From positions 1 to 64,000 of IMG/VR virus record IMGVR_UViG_3300047160_006395: a DNA stretch of 64,000 nt. One strand, 5' to 3'. The position numbers and the translations under genes were made by a program. This stretch comes from a virus. Positions within the stretch are counted from its first letter, which is position 1. Every line of letters starts with the position of its first letter. Below the pieces are notes generated by a model. It was not told the origin of the DNA. It saw only the letters and a list, made by a program, of their open reading frames with translations, and did not search any database. Shown one piece after another: positions 1-9,295 of this stretch.

Positions 1-197
1 CACAGGATACGATCTGCGGGATGCCTGGGGAAAGCATCCAATAGATCGTACCCCGTGGAGCGACTCGCTCCGGACTCTGACACGTCAGAGTTTAGTACCG
101 GGACGCGCCCGGTAACGTAGCGTTGACGTGGTGACCTGGGACCGGGTCCCGGTCCGGTCGGAAAACACTGCACAGCGCAAGAGCTGTATTGTCGTAC

Positions 198-542
198 TCA
201 ATGCCCAACTGAGCTGGGATACCTGAGCACGTAGTATTGACCGGGCTCCATCATCTGCGAGAGATGAGGAGCGGTCGTGGGATTGCCGCGATTGGACCAC
301 CACGCCGAAAGAATCAGCGCGGTGATGAAACCCAGGGCGAACAGAACGCCACTGGTGAGTAGCTTGCGGCGTAGCTCCCGAGAAACTAACGGTTTGGCCG
401 GCCCAGCTTTGACAGCGGGCGGCGAAACAGTGTGAGTGGTTTGCGTGATAGGCGGCTTCGCCTTCACAGTGTTTGCAGCAACAGCGGCTGCGATATCGGC
501 GTCGAGCTGCCGGGAATCAACCTGATCGAAGAAATTCACCAT
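198..542 (-). CDS. Hypothetical single-pass membrane protein (114 aa)
   Basis: AGGAG RBS before ATG at 542 (track start 566 less likely); TM segment LLTSGVLFALGFITALILSAWW after a basic patch. Confidence 0.65.
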   Translation of the reverse strand: MVNFFDQVDSRQLDADIAAAVAANTVKAKPPITQTTHTVSPPAVKAGPAKPLVSRELRRKLLTSGVLFALGFITALILSAWWSNRGNPTTAPHLSQMMEPGQYYVLRYPSSVGH

Positions 543-583
543 CCTGGTATCTCCTATCGGGATCAAGGGATAAGCAAGTCCAG

Positions 584-1153
584 CTAGGCCATGATCAGTT
601 CAGGATGGTTGTTCACTACGATCCCTTCTTCAGGGCTACCAAACACGACCGCAGCCTCGAGCTGATAGAGCTTAAAGCGTTCTGGTTCGGCGCTCAGTAT
701 GTGAACGTGGAAAAGCCTGTCATCGCCGAGTTCCACCCACATACCCGTGCCCTCGATGGAAAGCACGGCACGCATGACATTGCGGACGCGCTGGAACCCA
801 GGTATCCAGGTATCAACGCAGATCACGTGCTCCCAGTTACAGCTGGCAGGTGACAAACCGACTATCCATGGCAAAGTATGGATAGGTCTCACCGGCTGTA
901 TAACCTCACCGGTTTCCCGGTCAACCGGAATCCTGGTAAGGATACCGCTAGGGCTCACGATGCACGCCATGAGGTAGAGAACGATACCGATCAGGTAGAG
1001 CGGCAGTGAGAGGGCCCAGAAAACGCAAGGGTGCTTGACGCTACAGCGTAGCGGCCGCAAAGCCAGTATGTTGATGCTGATGATGATTCCCAGCATGAAC
1101 AACAGGTACTGGCCTCTGGCCTTCTTGGCCAGGTTGACGATAGAAGCGAACAT
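584..1153 (-). CDS. Hypothetical membrane protein, two N-terminal TM helices
   Basis: GGAAAGGA RBS; hydrophobic stretches YLLFMLGIIISINILAL and VFWALSLPLYLIGIVLYLMACIV. Confidence 0.7.
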   Translation of the reverse strand: MFASIVNLAKKARGQYLLFMLGIIISINILALRPLRCSVKHPCVFWALSLPLYLIGIVLYLMACIVSPSGILTRIPVDRETGEVIQPVRPIHTLPWIVGLSPASCNWEHVICVDTWIPGFQRVRNVMRAVLSIEGTGMWVELGDDRLFHVHILSAEPERFKLYQLEAAVVFGSPEEGIVVNNHPELIMA

Positions 1154-1256
1154 GGAAATATCCTTTCCGGAATTGGTCAGGGTTAGCTAAACGAAAACAC
1201 CAACAGCGCAGCGGCCGTCCACAGGGTCGCTACCCTCTACCACGCTCAAGTCCCAT

Positions 1257-1312
1257 CAGCTAAAACCAAACCTTTTTGGGGGCGACAGCCTCTTTTGAGG
1301 GAGGAAGCCGCC
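1257..1312 (-). terminator. Hairpin followed by TTTGGTTTTAGCT (terminator-like)
   Basis: Minus strand GGCGGC..CCTC/GAGG..GTCGCC stem, then a TTTTAGCT tail like those at 9296, 10590 and 63251. Confidence 0.45.
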
Positions 1313-1561
1313 AATCATTGTGTGTAAGCTGATGCTGTTGGGAGCACAGTAGAAGACAGCGACCGTGTGAACGGCCGCTTCCATCGAAGCCGGCCATCAT
1401 GGCCGGGGCACCAGTGTGCGAGATCTTTCCGCCCGCAATGGCCTTTCGGCCGATTCTCGGGTCGGCATCGTATGTTTTTCAGAGTATCAAGTTTTTCAAG
1501 GCAGAGCCAGGCCACAACATCGTGGCCCGTTGTTAGGGGTTAAAGGGTTAGACCGGGCGAG

Positions 1562-2797
1562 TTACGCGGCTACCTTCAGCTTGGGCTCTTCTTTTTTGTC
1601 GGTGAAGAAGAGGCCGTTCGCCGCGCAGTAAACCGAAAGTCCGAGGAACGGAACCCAGGGAGCAGTGATGCTCAACAGGGTTGTCCCTGCGACCTTGTAG
1701 AACACGGCTGCGCTACCAGCGAAGGTAACGATCAGACTCAACGCCGTGTTCTCGTGGACCTGGCGCTTGGTCCACTTGGCCAGATTGCAGACGCCGTCTT
1801 TGGCTCCGATCGCGATCTCCTTGATCTTGCTGCCGGCACCCTTGGTGCTTTCGCAGAGCCAGTTCCAGGTGCCTTTGACGGCCTTGCCGAGCCAGCTCCA
1901 GCCACCGCTGACGGTTTCGCAGAGCCAGTTCCAGCCGCCCTTGGTGGTTTTGCACAACCAGGCCCAGTCCTGCTTGACGCTCAGCTTGAACGCTTCCCAG
2001 TTGTACTGGACGGTTTCGCAGAACCAGCCCCAGATTCCCTTGGTGGTACGGCCGCCCCAGCCCCACACATCCTTGACGGTCTGCTTGGTGAAGCTCCCGC
2101 CTGTCTTGAACGTCTCGCCGACCCAGCTGAAGAAGTCGGAGAAGAGATTCTGAAACCCCTTCCAGAAACCCACGGTCTTGGGATCGGAGGCGGGCTCGAT
2201 GGTCGTATCGGCAGCCGGATCGGTAGCCGCGTTGGCAGCCGGATCGGTAGCCGAAGTTGCAGTCGAATCAGCTTTGGCCTGGCTCGAGCCCTGCATGTTA
2301 TCGGCCGCGAGCTTCTCCATGCGGGACATGAACTGGCCGAAACCTTCGGCGACCTTGTGCATTTCCTCGTGCGACTGCGCCGCGAGCTTCTCAGCAGCTG
2401 CCAAGCGATCGTCAATGCGCTTCTCGCTAGCCAGTGAGCGCTCGTGCATGCGCTGCTCGCTCTCTACCGAGCGATCGAACAGGCGTTTCTCGAGATCCGC
2501 GACAGCCTGGGCGGAATCGTAAGCGGGCTTGGTAACCGCAGACGAACCGCGGTCGGGCAAGCTCTTCGACAGGCGCTCAACTTCATCGCCCTGCGCTTGC
2601 AACCGGTCGGCGTCATCCGTGGCGGCGATCAGATCCTGAGCAGCTGCCCGCAAGCCCGACTGGATCTCCGTAGCGGCAGCGGCAGCCGTGTCCTGACTCA
2701 TGCGGCCAGCCTTGATAGGCACGGTCGAACTGTCCTTGACGGGGAAACCGGGGCGAGGACTCGAACGGTGAACAGACTTTTCTTGCTTGGTACTCAT
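1562..2797 (-). CDS. Coiled-coil protein with 11-residue Trp repeats and C-terminal TM hairpin
   Basis: 411 aa ORF, GAAAGG RBS; repeats LCKTTKGGWNW/LCETVSGGWSW/LGKAVKGTWNW; two hydrophobic C-terminal segments. Confidence 0.8.
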   Translation of the reverse strand: MSTKQEKSVHRSSPRPGFPVKDSSTVPIKAGRMSQDTAAAAATEIQSGLRAAAQDLIAATDDADRLQAQGDEVERLSKSLPDRGSSAVTKPAYDSAQAVADLEKRLFDRSVESEQRMHERSLASEKRIDDRLAAAEKLAAQSHEEMHKVAEGFGQFMSRMEKLAADNMQGSSQAKADSTATSATDPAANAATDPAADTTIEPASDPKTVGFWKGFQNLFSDFFSWVGETFKTGGSFTKQTVKDVWGWGGRTTKGIWGWFCETVQYNWEAFKLSVKQDWAWLCKTTKGGWNWLCETVSGGWSWLGKAVKGTWNWLCESTKGAGSKIKEIAIGAKDGVCNLAKWTKRQVHENTALSLIVTFAGSAAVFYKVAGTTLLSITAPWVPFLGLSVYCAANGLFFTDKKEEPKLKVAA

Positions 2798-2799
2798 CG

Positions 2800-3105
2800 G
2801 AGTAAACCTTTCAGGTAAAGAAACTCGAACATTGATCAGGGTTTTTTGGTCAGGGTTTTCCTGGGCACGGGGCCGTACCTACGTCAGACTCCTCCACTCA
2901 CCCTGACCACAATCCGTTTGAAGAAGTGGGGAGGAATCGGTACGACCCCCGTGTAAGGGGGTTGTACGTTGGTTGTGACAAAGACGCGGACCGCCCGATC
3001 GCGATCACTCATTGAAAGGACGATCAAGAGGAGTGAATTCGGACGGCCCGCGTATGCGGTCTAGATCGGGTTATTCGGGTGGGCAATACCATGGACGTCG
3101 CCCAC
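2800..3105 (-). ncRNA. Candidate structured 5' leader or ncRNA (~300 nt)
   Basis: 15-bp stem 2984-2998/3039-3053 whose two non-WC pairs are G-U only on the minus strand, plus further hairpins; lies directly downstream of the motif at 3111-3137. Confidence 0.45.
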
Positions 3106-3110
3106 TGATG

Positions 3111-3137
3111 TATGACGAGATTATGCCCGATCTTTAG
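3111..3137 (-). promoter_or_regulatory. Bipartite promoter motif CTAAAG-N15-GTCATA
   Basis: One of five copies with conserved spacing at the 5' end of accessory units. Confidence 0.7.
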
Positions 3138-3231
3138 CGCCTGGGAAGGCACCAGAAATGAGGATAGCCCGGTCCAGGGGCGATTCCTGGGCCGGGCTGA
3201 CGTAAAGGAGCTGATATGCCCGGGAAACCCT

Positions 3232-3942
3232 TTACGTCGTGCGTCGACGTGCCCGGCGCCGGCTGAAGACAGCCGCGAGGCACAGAATACCAACGCCCGT
3301 CAACGCCATCGAAGACGGTTCAGGCACTGCTGCCTGTGAGTAACTTCCATTCCCTGTCAGGGTAGCGCCAGGGGTGCTGAAGAAATTCGCCCATGTCACT
3401 GGCCCGGTGAGCCCGGTACCCGACGTGCTGGTGAGTGTGATGTTATTCTCACCACCCTTCATGAAATTGATAAAGTCGAAGTTCGGGTTGCTGTTTTCCA
3501 GCAGGCTCGTTATGGCCCCGGACATATTGAAGTAGCTCGGCAGCAGCAGTGGCGCGATGCCAGTCTGCATGTTGAAAGCCAATTCGGCCTGCATCCCGGG
3601 CGTCCCCCCGATCGTCTGATCGTAGGTGGAGGGACTCAGAGCGAGACTGTAAATTCCCGGCGACGCCGTCGGCGTCACGAACATCGTAACGGGCCCAAGC
3701 ACCTCGGTGGTCTCGGGTGGAACGAATAGCCCGTTTACGCTGTTCATCTGGCTCGACACGTTGGGAATGTCGAACTTGACGGTAGCGACACCGAAGCCGT
3801 TCACGCCCTCGTTCGTGACGTGAAACTCCCCGATGTTTCCGGAATCGGTCATCACGACCGTTCCGGCATAGGCTGCCTTCGTACTCGCGATACACGCGAT
3901 CGCGAGAAGCAGGGCAGCGCAGAAGCAAGTTCTCCGTTTCAT
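3232..3942 (-). CDS. PEP-CTERM sorting-domain surface protein
   Basis: N-terminal signal peptide (MKRRTCFCAALLLAIACIASTKAAYAG); C-terminal VPEPSS + TM helix + RRRARRR; GGAG RBS before ATG 3942. Confidence 0.9.
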   Translation of the reverse strand: MKRRTCFCAALLLAIACIASTKAAYAGTVVMTDSGNIGEFHVTNEGVNGFGVATVKFDIPNVSSQMNSVNGLFVPPETTEVLGPVTMFVTPTASPGIYSLALSPSTYDQTIGGTPGMQAELAFNMQTGIAPLLLPSYFNMSGAITSLLENSNPNFDFINFMKGGENNITLTSTSGTGLTGPVTWANFFSTPGATLTGNGSYSQAAVPEPSSMALTGVGILCLAAVFSRRRARRRTT

Positions 3943-4066
3943 CGGATACTCCATACTAAGGTTCTACGATCCTCGACCAGGCCCGGACTTTGGGCCTCAC
4001 TGTTCGGCTTTCGTACTCTAACGTACTGGGCCGCAGAGCCGCCACATGTAAGTGGCTCCAATAGTG

Positions 4067-4094
4067 TATGACAGGTATACAGGCGTTACTTTAG
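4067..4094 (-). promoter_or_regulatory. Bipartite promoter motif CTAAAG-N16-GTCATA
   Basis: Immediately after the stop of 4098..4415 and upstream of the PEP-CTERM gene. Confidence 0.7.
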
Positions 4095-4097
4095 CTA

Positions 4098-4415
4098 TCA
4101 GAAGGTCCGGTCGATGATCCGGTTGGCACCGTTGACGTGCACGACGCGGATCTGTTTGCAGTTCAGAAGCTGCTTGAGCCGGATCTTGTCCTGGGGCTGC
4201 ATCGTCGCCAGGGTATTCTTGAACTGCCGGTATTCGGCCAGTGTCGCCCGTTGCTTCTGCCGGCAGCGACCGCAACCCGGCCTGACCACCTTGGGCTTGA
4301 TCAATGCAGCTAGGTGGGGAAACGCCTGGCGGAATGGCGCGTTGACCACCAGCGAATCGATCGTGCTGTTCTCGATCACGATCACGTTGCGCTGGGGAAT
4401 GCCTGTAGCTATCAT
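4098..4415 (-). CDS. Small basic CxxC protein (105 aa)
   Basis: PGCGRC motif; starts 1 nt after the upstream stop. Confidence 0.7.
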   Translation of the reverse strand: MIATGIPQRNVIVIENSTIDSLVVNAPFRQAFPHLAALIKPKVVRPGCGRCRQKQRATLAEYRQFKNTLATMQPQDKIRLKQLLNCKQIRVVHVNGANRIIDRTF

Positions 4416-4416
4416 G

Positions 4417-6870
4417 TCACGGCTCCGGGCTGATAATAACGATCTCCGTCGCGTCCTGCTGCTCCATTATATTGAGAGTCTCGACCAGATGCTCAATGTC
4501 ATCCAGGATCGCCCGGTACGTATCTTCAACAAGCATCCGACTACGCATGACAATGTCAATAGTGTTGAGCCGAAACCACGGTGGTCTCGCATTCGGGCCC
4601 GGCCAGCCCACAGGAAAGTCTTCGAGGTCAGCCGGGCTGCATACCCCGTTGAAGCTACTCGTCAGCGCAACGCTTGTTGGCGGCTGGTCGATGCTGGTCC
4701 GCGTCATGGTCGGCACTACCCGGTAGCGGAAGATATCGGTCGGCATGTTGGTCGTGCTGATGGCGATCATGGTAAACCGGAAGCCATTAACACTCTGCGC
4801 TGACGAGACTGTCTTGTTGGCCTTATTAGCCATGAACCACGGCCGGAACAGGGGTATCAGTGCGACCGCGCGTTGGTCCTTCGCGATCAAGATGGCAGTG
4901 AGTGAGTCGGTGGTATGGGTCAGCGTCGGGGTCGTGAATATCGACACGTAGCTATCGGCCGAATGCATCACGACAAAGGTCACCGCCAAGGTACTGTCGG
5001 TGCCATGGACCAGGTGCTGCCCCGTTTGCAACAAGGCATCGGTGTCGTGAGTCTTGGTTACTGTCGTCCGCAGCCAGCTATCAACGCGGTGCGTTACCGT
5101 CCTGGTCTGCAATAGCAAGCTATCAGCACCGTGGATCTTGATCTGCGTCGCTTGCAGCGAAGTATCGGTGCTGTACGCTACTGCCTGAGTCTTCAACAAC
5201 CAGCTATCAGTGTCGTGGGTTCGCCGCAGCGTCGCGAGCAAGCTGGCATCAGTACCATGGGCCTCGATCTGCGTCGTGCGCAGGCTGGCGTCGGTGCCGT
5301 GGGCCTTGACCTGCGCCGCACGCAGACTGGTACTGGTGTTGTGGGTCCTGGTCTGCGTCGCGCGCAGGTTGATATCGGTGCTGTGGGTCCTGTTCTGCGT
5401 CGCGCGCAAACTGGCATCGGTGCCGTGGGCCTTGATCCACGTCGCGCGCAGGCTGGCATCGGTGCCGTGGGCCTTGATCTCCGTCGCGCGCAGACTGGTA
5501 CTGGTGTTGTGGGTCCTGGTCTGCGTTATGAGCAGCCTGGTATCAGTGCTGTGAGTCCTGGTCTGCGTTGCACGTAAGCTGGCATCGGTACCATGAGTCT
5601 TGGTAACCGTTAGCGTCTTTACTGTCAGGGTATCGGTGCTGTGAGTCCGGGTGCCGATCGATAGCAGCGGATCTATAAACCAGCACGAGAACACACAGTT
5701 CGGTGCTTTCGTATTGACGATCTGAAACTGAACACGGCTAATTACGTTGTAGACCATGTAGACGCCGGTCGTGGCGAAGTCGCCTAAGTTCCGAGCCGGG
5801 TCGAGCGGTAGGCCGGTAACACCATCTACAACAGCGATGGTCTGGTTACGGCCTTGTCTGTCATAGTCGACCGAATAGATCGCTATCGAGTGGGGAAGAC
5901 TATCATCGAGATTGAATGTGATGGTCTCGGTACCGTTGACGTAGTACCCCAGGGCCGCGGTTATGCCCGGCTGCCCGGGGACTTGAACGTACCGTGGATC
6001 GGAATAAGAGCCAGCGGCAAACCAGGTCCATATCTGTCCGCCGGCGAGAGTCACCGTGCACTTGGGTGGCAGAACATTACCTACACCACCTGCGTTCAAG
6101 ATGCCGTAACCCTGACTGCCGTATGCTCCGATCCAGGAGCCATTTCGCCAGGTATTCATCTGCATAAAGGTCGCAGATGACGGCTTAGCTAGAAAAGCAT
6201 CAGTAGTATGCGACTTGGTCCAACTACCGAACAGGACAGAGTCAGTCGCATGCGTTTTGGAGACGATCGTCGTCGCCGGATCAATGAACCAGGCCGAGAA
6301 CGAAGTGTTGGGACCAGCAGTCAAGGTAATAGTGAACTGAACCGAGCCGGATACGTTGTAGACCATGTAAACGCCAGGTAAGCCCGCGCTCGTAGGACCC
6401 GTGCTTCGGGCCGGGTCGATCAGGACAGGCGCACCGCTGACGTCATAAGCCGCAATGGTCTGGTTGCGACCCCTGCTATCAGGATCGACAAAGTAAACCG
6501 CTACCGCGTGGGTGAGACCATCAGTGAAATTAAACGTGATGGTCTCGGTAGATACGGAGTAGTAACCAATAGCTCCAGTCTTGGTGGGCTGGCCAATAAC
6601 CTGGACGTACCGCGGGTCAGTATAAGTCGTAGATGCAGGGAAAAATGTGTAGTAACTACCGCCGGCAAGCGTCACCGTACAGCCCGATGGGACGACATCG
6701 GCTGCGCTGCCCAAGCCAAGCACCGAGACGCCCTTAGTCCCGCGAGTACCGATCCAGGTACCATTCCGCCAGGTATCTGCTTGTAAGAACGTCGCAGTTG
6801 ACGCGGTCAAGCCTGGTGAAGGCGCGACCAGTTGCGAGTCAGTAGTATGCGTCCTGATCTGCGTCACCAT
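4417..6870 (-). CDS. Modular fibre-like protein: two GxWxGxYG beta domains, ~21 HxTD repeats, C-terminal CSPADLEDFP module
   Basis: 817 aa ORF; 14-aa (42-bp) repeats; C-terminus paralogous to 6901..9204. Confidence 0.8.
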   Translation of the reverse strand: MVTQIRTHTTDSQLVAPSPGLTASTATFLQADTWRNGTWIGTRGTKGVSVLGLGSAADVVPSGCTVTLAGGSYYTFFPASTTYTDPRYVQVIGQPTKTGAIGYYSVSTETITFNFTDGLTHAVAVYFVDPDSRGRNQTIAAYDVSGAPVLIDPARSTGPTSAGLPGVYMVYNVSGSVQFTITLTAGPNTSFSAWFIDPATTIVSKTHATDSVLFGSWTKSHTTDAFLAKPSSATFMQMNTWRNGSWIGAYGSQGYGILNAGGVGNVLPPKCTVTLAGGQIWTWFAAGSYSDPRYVQVPGQPGITAALGYYVNGTETITFNLDDSLPHSIAIYSVDYDRQGRNQTIAVVDGVTGLPLDPARNLGDFATTGVYMVYNVISRVQFQIVNTKAPNCVFSCWFIDPLLSIGTRTHSTDTLTVKTLTVTKTHGTDASLRATQTRTHSTDTRLLITQTRTHNTSTSLRATEIKAHGTDASLRATWIKAHGTDASLRATQNRTHSTDINLRATQTRTHNTSTSLRAAQVKAHGTDASLRTTQIEAHGTDASLLATLRRTHDTDSWLLKTQAVAYSTDTSLQATQIKIHGADSLLLQTRTVTHRVDSWLRTTVTKTHDTDALLQTGQHLVHGTDSTLAVTFVVMHSADSYVSIFTTPTLTHTTDSLTAILIAKDQRAVALIPLFRPWFMANKANKTVSSAQSVNGFRFTMIAISTTNMPTDIFRYRVVPTMTRTSIDQPPTSVALTSSFNGVCSPADLEDFPVGWPGPNARPPWFRLNTIDIVMRSRMLVEDTYRAILDDIEHLVETLNIMEQQDATEIVIISPEP

Positions 6871-6900
6871 GATTCCATCGCCGGTTGAACAGCGGACGCG

Positions 6901-9204
6901 TCAAAGCTCTGGGCCGATGATAATTATTCCTGCCGCATCCTGTTGATCCATCAGGTTAAGGGTCTTAACCAGATTCGTTATCTCGACCAGGATTGCCTTG
7001 TAGGTCATGTCAGCGATGGTCCGGCTGCGAACGATCAGGTCGACGTGGTCAAGGCGGTACCACGGCGGCCGGGCGTTCGGGAGTGGCCAGTCTTCGGGGA
7101 AGTCCTCGAGATCGGCCGGGCTACAGACACCATCGAAAACACCGGCGAGTTCGACGGCTGTTGGCGGCTGGTCAACACTGGTCTGCATCTTGGTGGGCAC
7201 CACCCGGTAGCGGAAGATCTTCGACGGCATCATGTTCGCTTCGACAACCTGGAGAGTGAACCGGAAGCCGTCGATCACATTAGGTATGAAGTGCCGCTGG
7301 AACGTGGGTAGCAGCATGATCGTCCGGACATTGGGTATGGGCGCCGGGACCATGAACGAGTCAGTGCCGTGCGATACTGCCGTGGTAAGGACTGCAAAAC
7401 AATCGGTGGTGTGCGTCAGGCCGACGATGAATAGCTGTGCATCGATGAACCAGGCTGCTATGGATGCGGAATCAACGTCAGTCGCTGGCGCAATGGCAAA
7501 CTGGACCGTGCCTTTCGCATTCCAGGTCAAGTACACGCCGTGAGTTGCGGTTACGATGACAGATCGTGGACCATCGAGCAGGATGGGATTACCAGGATCA
7601 GTGACATCGTAGACCGACGTATTCTGTGAAGCCCAGCTATCGGCATAATAGATCGACAGAGCGTGCGTAAGTCCATCATCGAGTTGGACCGTGAGTGTCA
7701 TGGTGCCGTAAGTACGATAAAGATAGGCACCTATGTATCCGGGCATGCTCGGGATCTGAAGATACCAGGCATCGGACCCCCAACCGACCGCAGCAATATA
7801 GTCGATACCAAGCCACCCATTGGCAAAACTGACTGAGCACCCTGCCGGGATAACATCTGGTTCTCCGCCCAGCCCCAAAAGCGAATAACCCTGGCTCCCA
7901 TACTTCCCTACCCAGGTACCTCTCGTTGAATCGTCCTGCTGCACGAATACCGCGGTTGCCGCCTTGGAATCAGCAGCCGTAACATCCGCCGACTGCGGTG
8001 CATCGACGAACCAAGCCGACATTGCGCCCCAACTACCCGTCGTAGTGATAGAAAACTGGACCTGGCCACTCACGTTCCAGATCATGTAAACACCAGCTCC
8101 CCAACCCCAGGTACCGGTTGGAAGCCGAGGACCATCAAGCACGACAGGATTGGCAGGGTCAGTAACGTCGGAGACAGTAAAACTTGGGATGTAACTATTA
8201 CCGATGTAGAGTGCGACAGCGTGGGTAAGACCATCGGTAAAGTCGAATGTGATCGTTATTGGGGGACTGGGATCACCCCAACTGGGATCACCCCAATAAT
8301 ACATGGCTCCGGTAGCGCCAGGCATGCTAGGAACCTGAAGCAGATACGAGGCATCCCACGAATAGTCGGTCTTGGGCCCGAACCAGTTCGCATAACTACC
8401 GCCAGCCAAACTCACCGAGCACTTCGGTGGTAGAACGTCCGGCGCATTGCCCAGATTATTGATCGAGTAACCTTGTGCTCCGTAGGCGCCGATCCAGGTA
8501 CCCTGCGTTGAATCATCTTGCCGCGTGAACACTGCGCCTGCCTGTACGGCCAGGTGGCTGTCAGTACTATGCTTCAGAGTACCGATCGTCAGATGCGGAC
8601 CGATGAACCAGGCCATGAGCACAGCGTTCAGGTTCGTCATGTCAGCATCGACAATGCTGAACTGAACATGGCCCGTCACGTTATAGATCATGAAGACGCC
8701 GGACGCGGCGCAATCACTTACGTTCAGGCTGCTCATGTAGATGGGATTGGCAGGATCAGTGACATCATAAGCCGTTACGCTGAGGTTCCGGCCTTGCTGA
8801 CTGGGATCCACAAAATAGAGCGCAACGGAATGCGAAATGCCATCATCAAGCAAGAACGTGGCGGTTACAGGTAAGTCGCCAAAAGCAGAATTGAGCCCAC
8901 TCTGACCAGGCATACCGGGAATTGCGAGAAGACGCGGGTCAGCGTAGGTCCCAATAGGATACCAATCGTAGATCCCTTGCACCGCATCGACGCTCACTGA
9001 ACACAATGGCGGAATGACATCCGGTACCAAGTCCATGAGCGAATAGCCATGATCACCGTACTTACCGATCCAGTTGATGCCGTTCGTCCAGCTATTACGC
9101 TCCAGGAACACCGCGGTCGACGGCGCCAAGACACTATCAGTCCTGTGCGTCACAGTGCCGACGATCATCGGCAGATCTGTGCGGGCCTTTTTCTTCCTAG
9201 CCAT
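6901..9204 (-). CDS. Modular fibre-like protein: three GxWxGxYG beta domains, few HxTD repeats, C-terminal CSPADLEDFP module
   Basis: GGAGG RBS before ATG 9204; three internally repeated ~170-aa domains. Confidence 0.8.
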   Translation of the reverse strand: MARKKKARTDLPMIVGTVTHRTDSVLAPSTAVFLERNSWTNGINWIGKYGDHGYSLMDLVPDVIPPLCSVSVDAVQGIYDWYPIGTYADPRLLAIPGMPGQSGLNSAFGDLPVTATFLLDDGISHSVALYFVDPSQQGRNLSVTAYDVTDPANPIYMSSLNVSDCAASGVFMIYNVTGHVQFSIVDADMTNLNAVLMAWFIGPHLTIGTLKHSTDSHLAVQAGAVFTRQDDSTQGTWIGAYGAQGYSINNLGNAPDVLPPKCSVSLAGGSYANWFGPKTDYSWDASYLLQVPSMPGATGAMYYWGDPSWGDPSPPITITFDFTDGLTHAVALYIGNSYIPSFTVSDVTDPANPVVLDGPRLPTGTWGWGAGVYMIWNVSGQVQFSITTTGSWGAMSAWFVDAPQSADVTAADSKAATAVFVQQDDSTRGTWVGKYGSQGYSLLGLGGEPDVIPAGCSVSFANGWLGIDYIAAVGWGSDAWYLQIPSMPGYIGAYLYRTYGTMTLTVQLDDGLTHALSIYYADSWASQNTSVYDVTDPGNPILLDGPRSVIVTATHGVYLTWNAKGTVQFAIAPATDVDSASIAAWFIDAQLFIVGLTHTTDCFAVLTTAVSHGTDSFMVPAPIPNVRTIMLLPTFQRHFIPNVIDGFRFTLQVVEANMMPSKIFRYRVVPTKMQTSVDQPPTAVELAGVFDGVCSPADLEDFPEDWPLPNARPPWYRLDHVDLIVRSRTIADMTYKAILVEITNLVKTLNLMDQQDAAGIIIIGPEL

Positions 9205-9295
9205 TTCGGCGTCCTCCATGACCGTTTCATCAGCCTGCCAGCATACCGCACGGCGATGGTAGTCAGAAGCCCGGCCCGCACCAAGCCTGGCTGAG

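Noticed and set aside
9240-9268. Possible sigma70 promoter TTCTGA-N17-TATGCT for the distal fibre genes
   Set aside because: A promoter is expected here after the terminator, but the -35 match is too weak to call.
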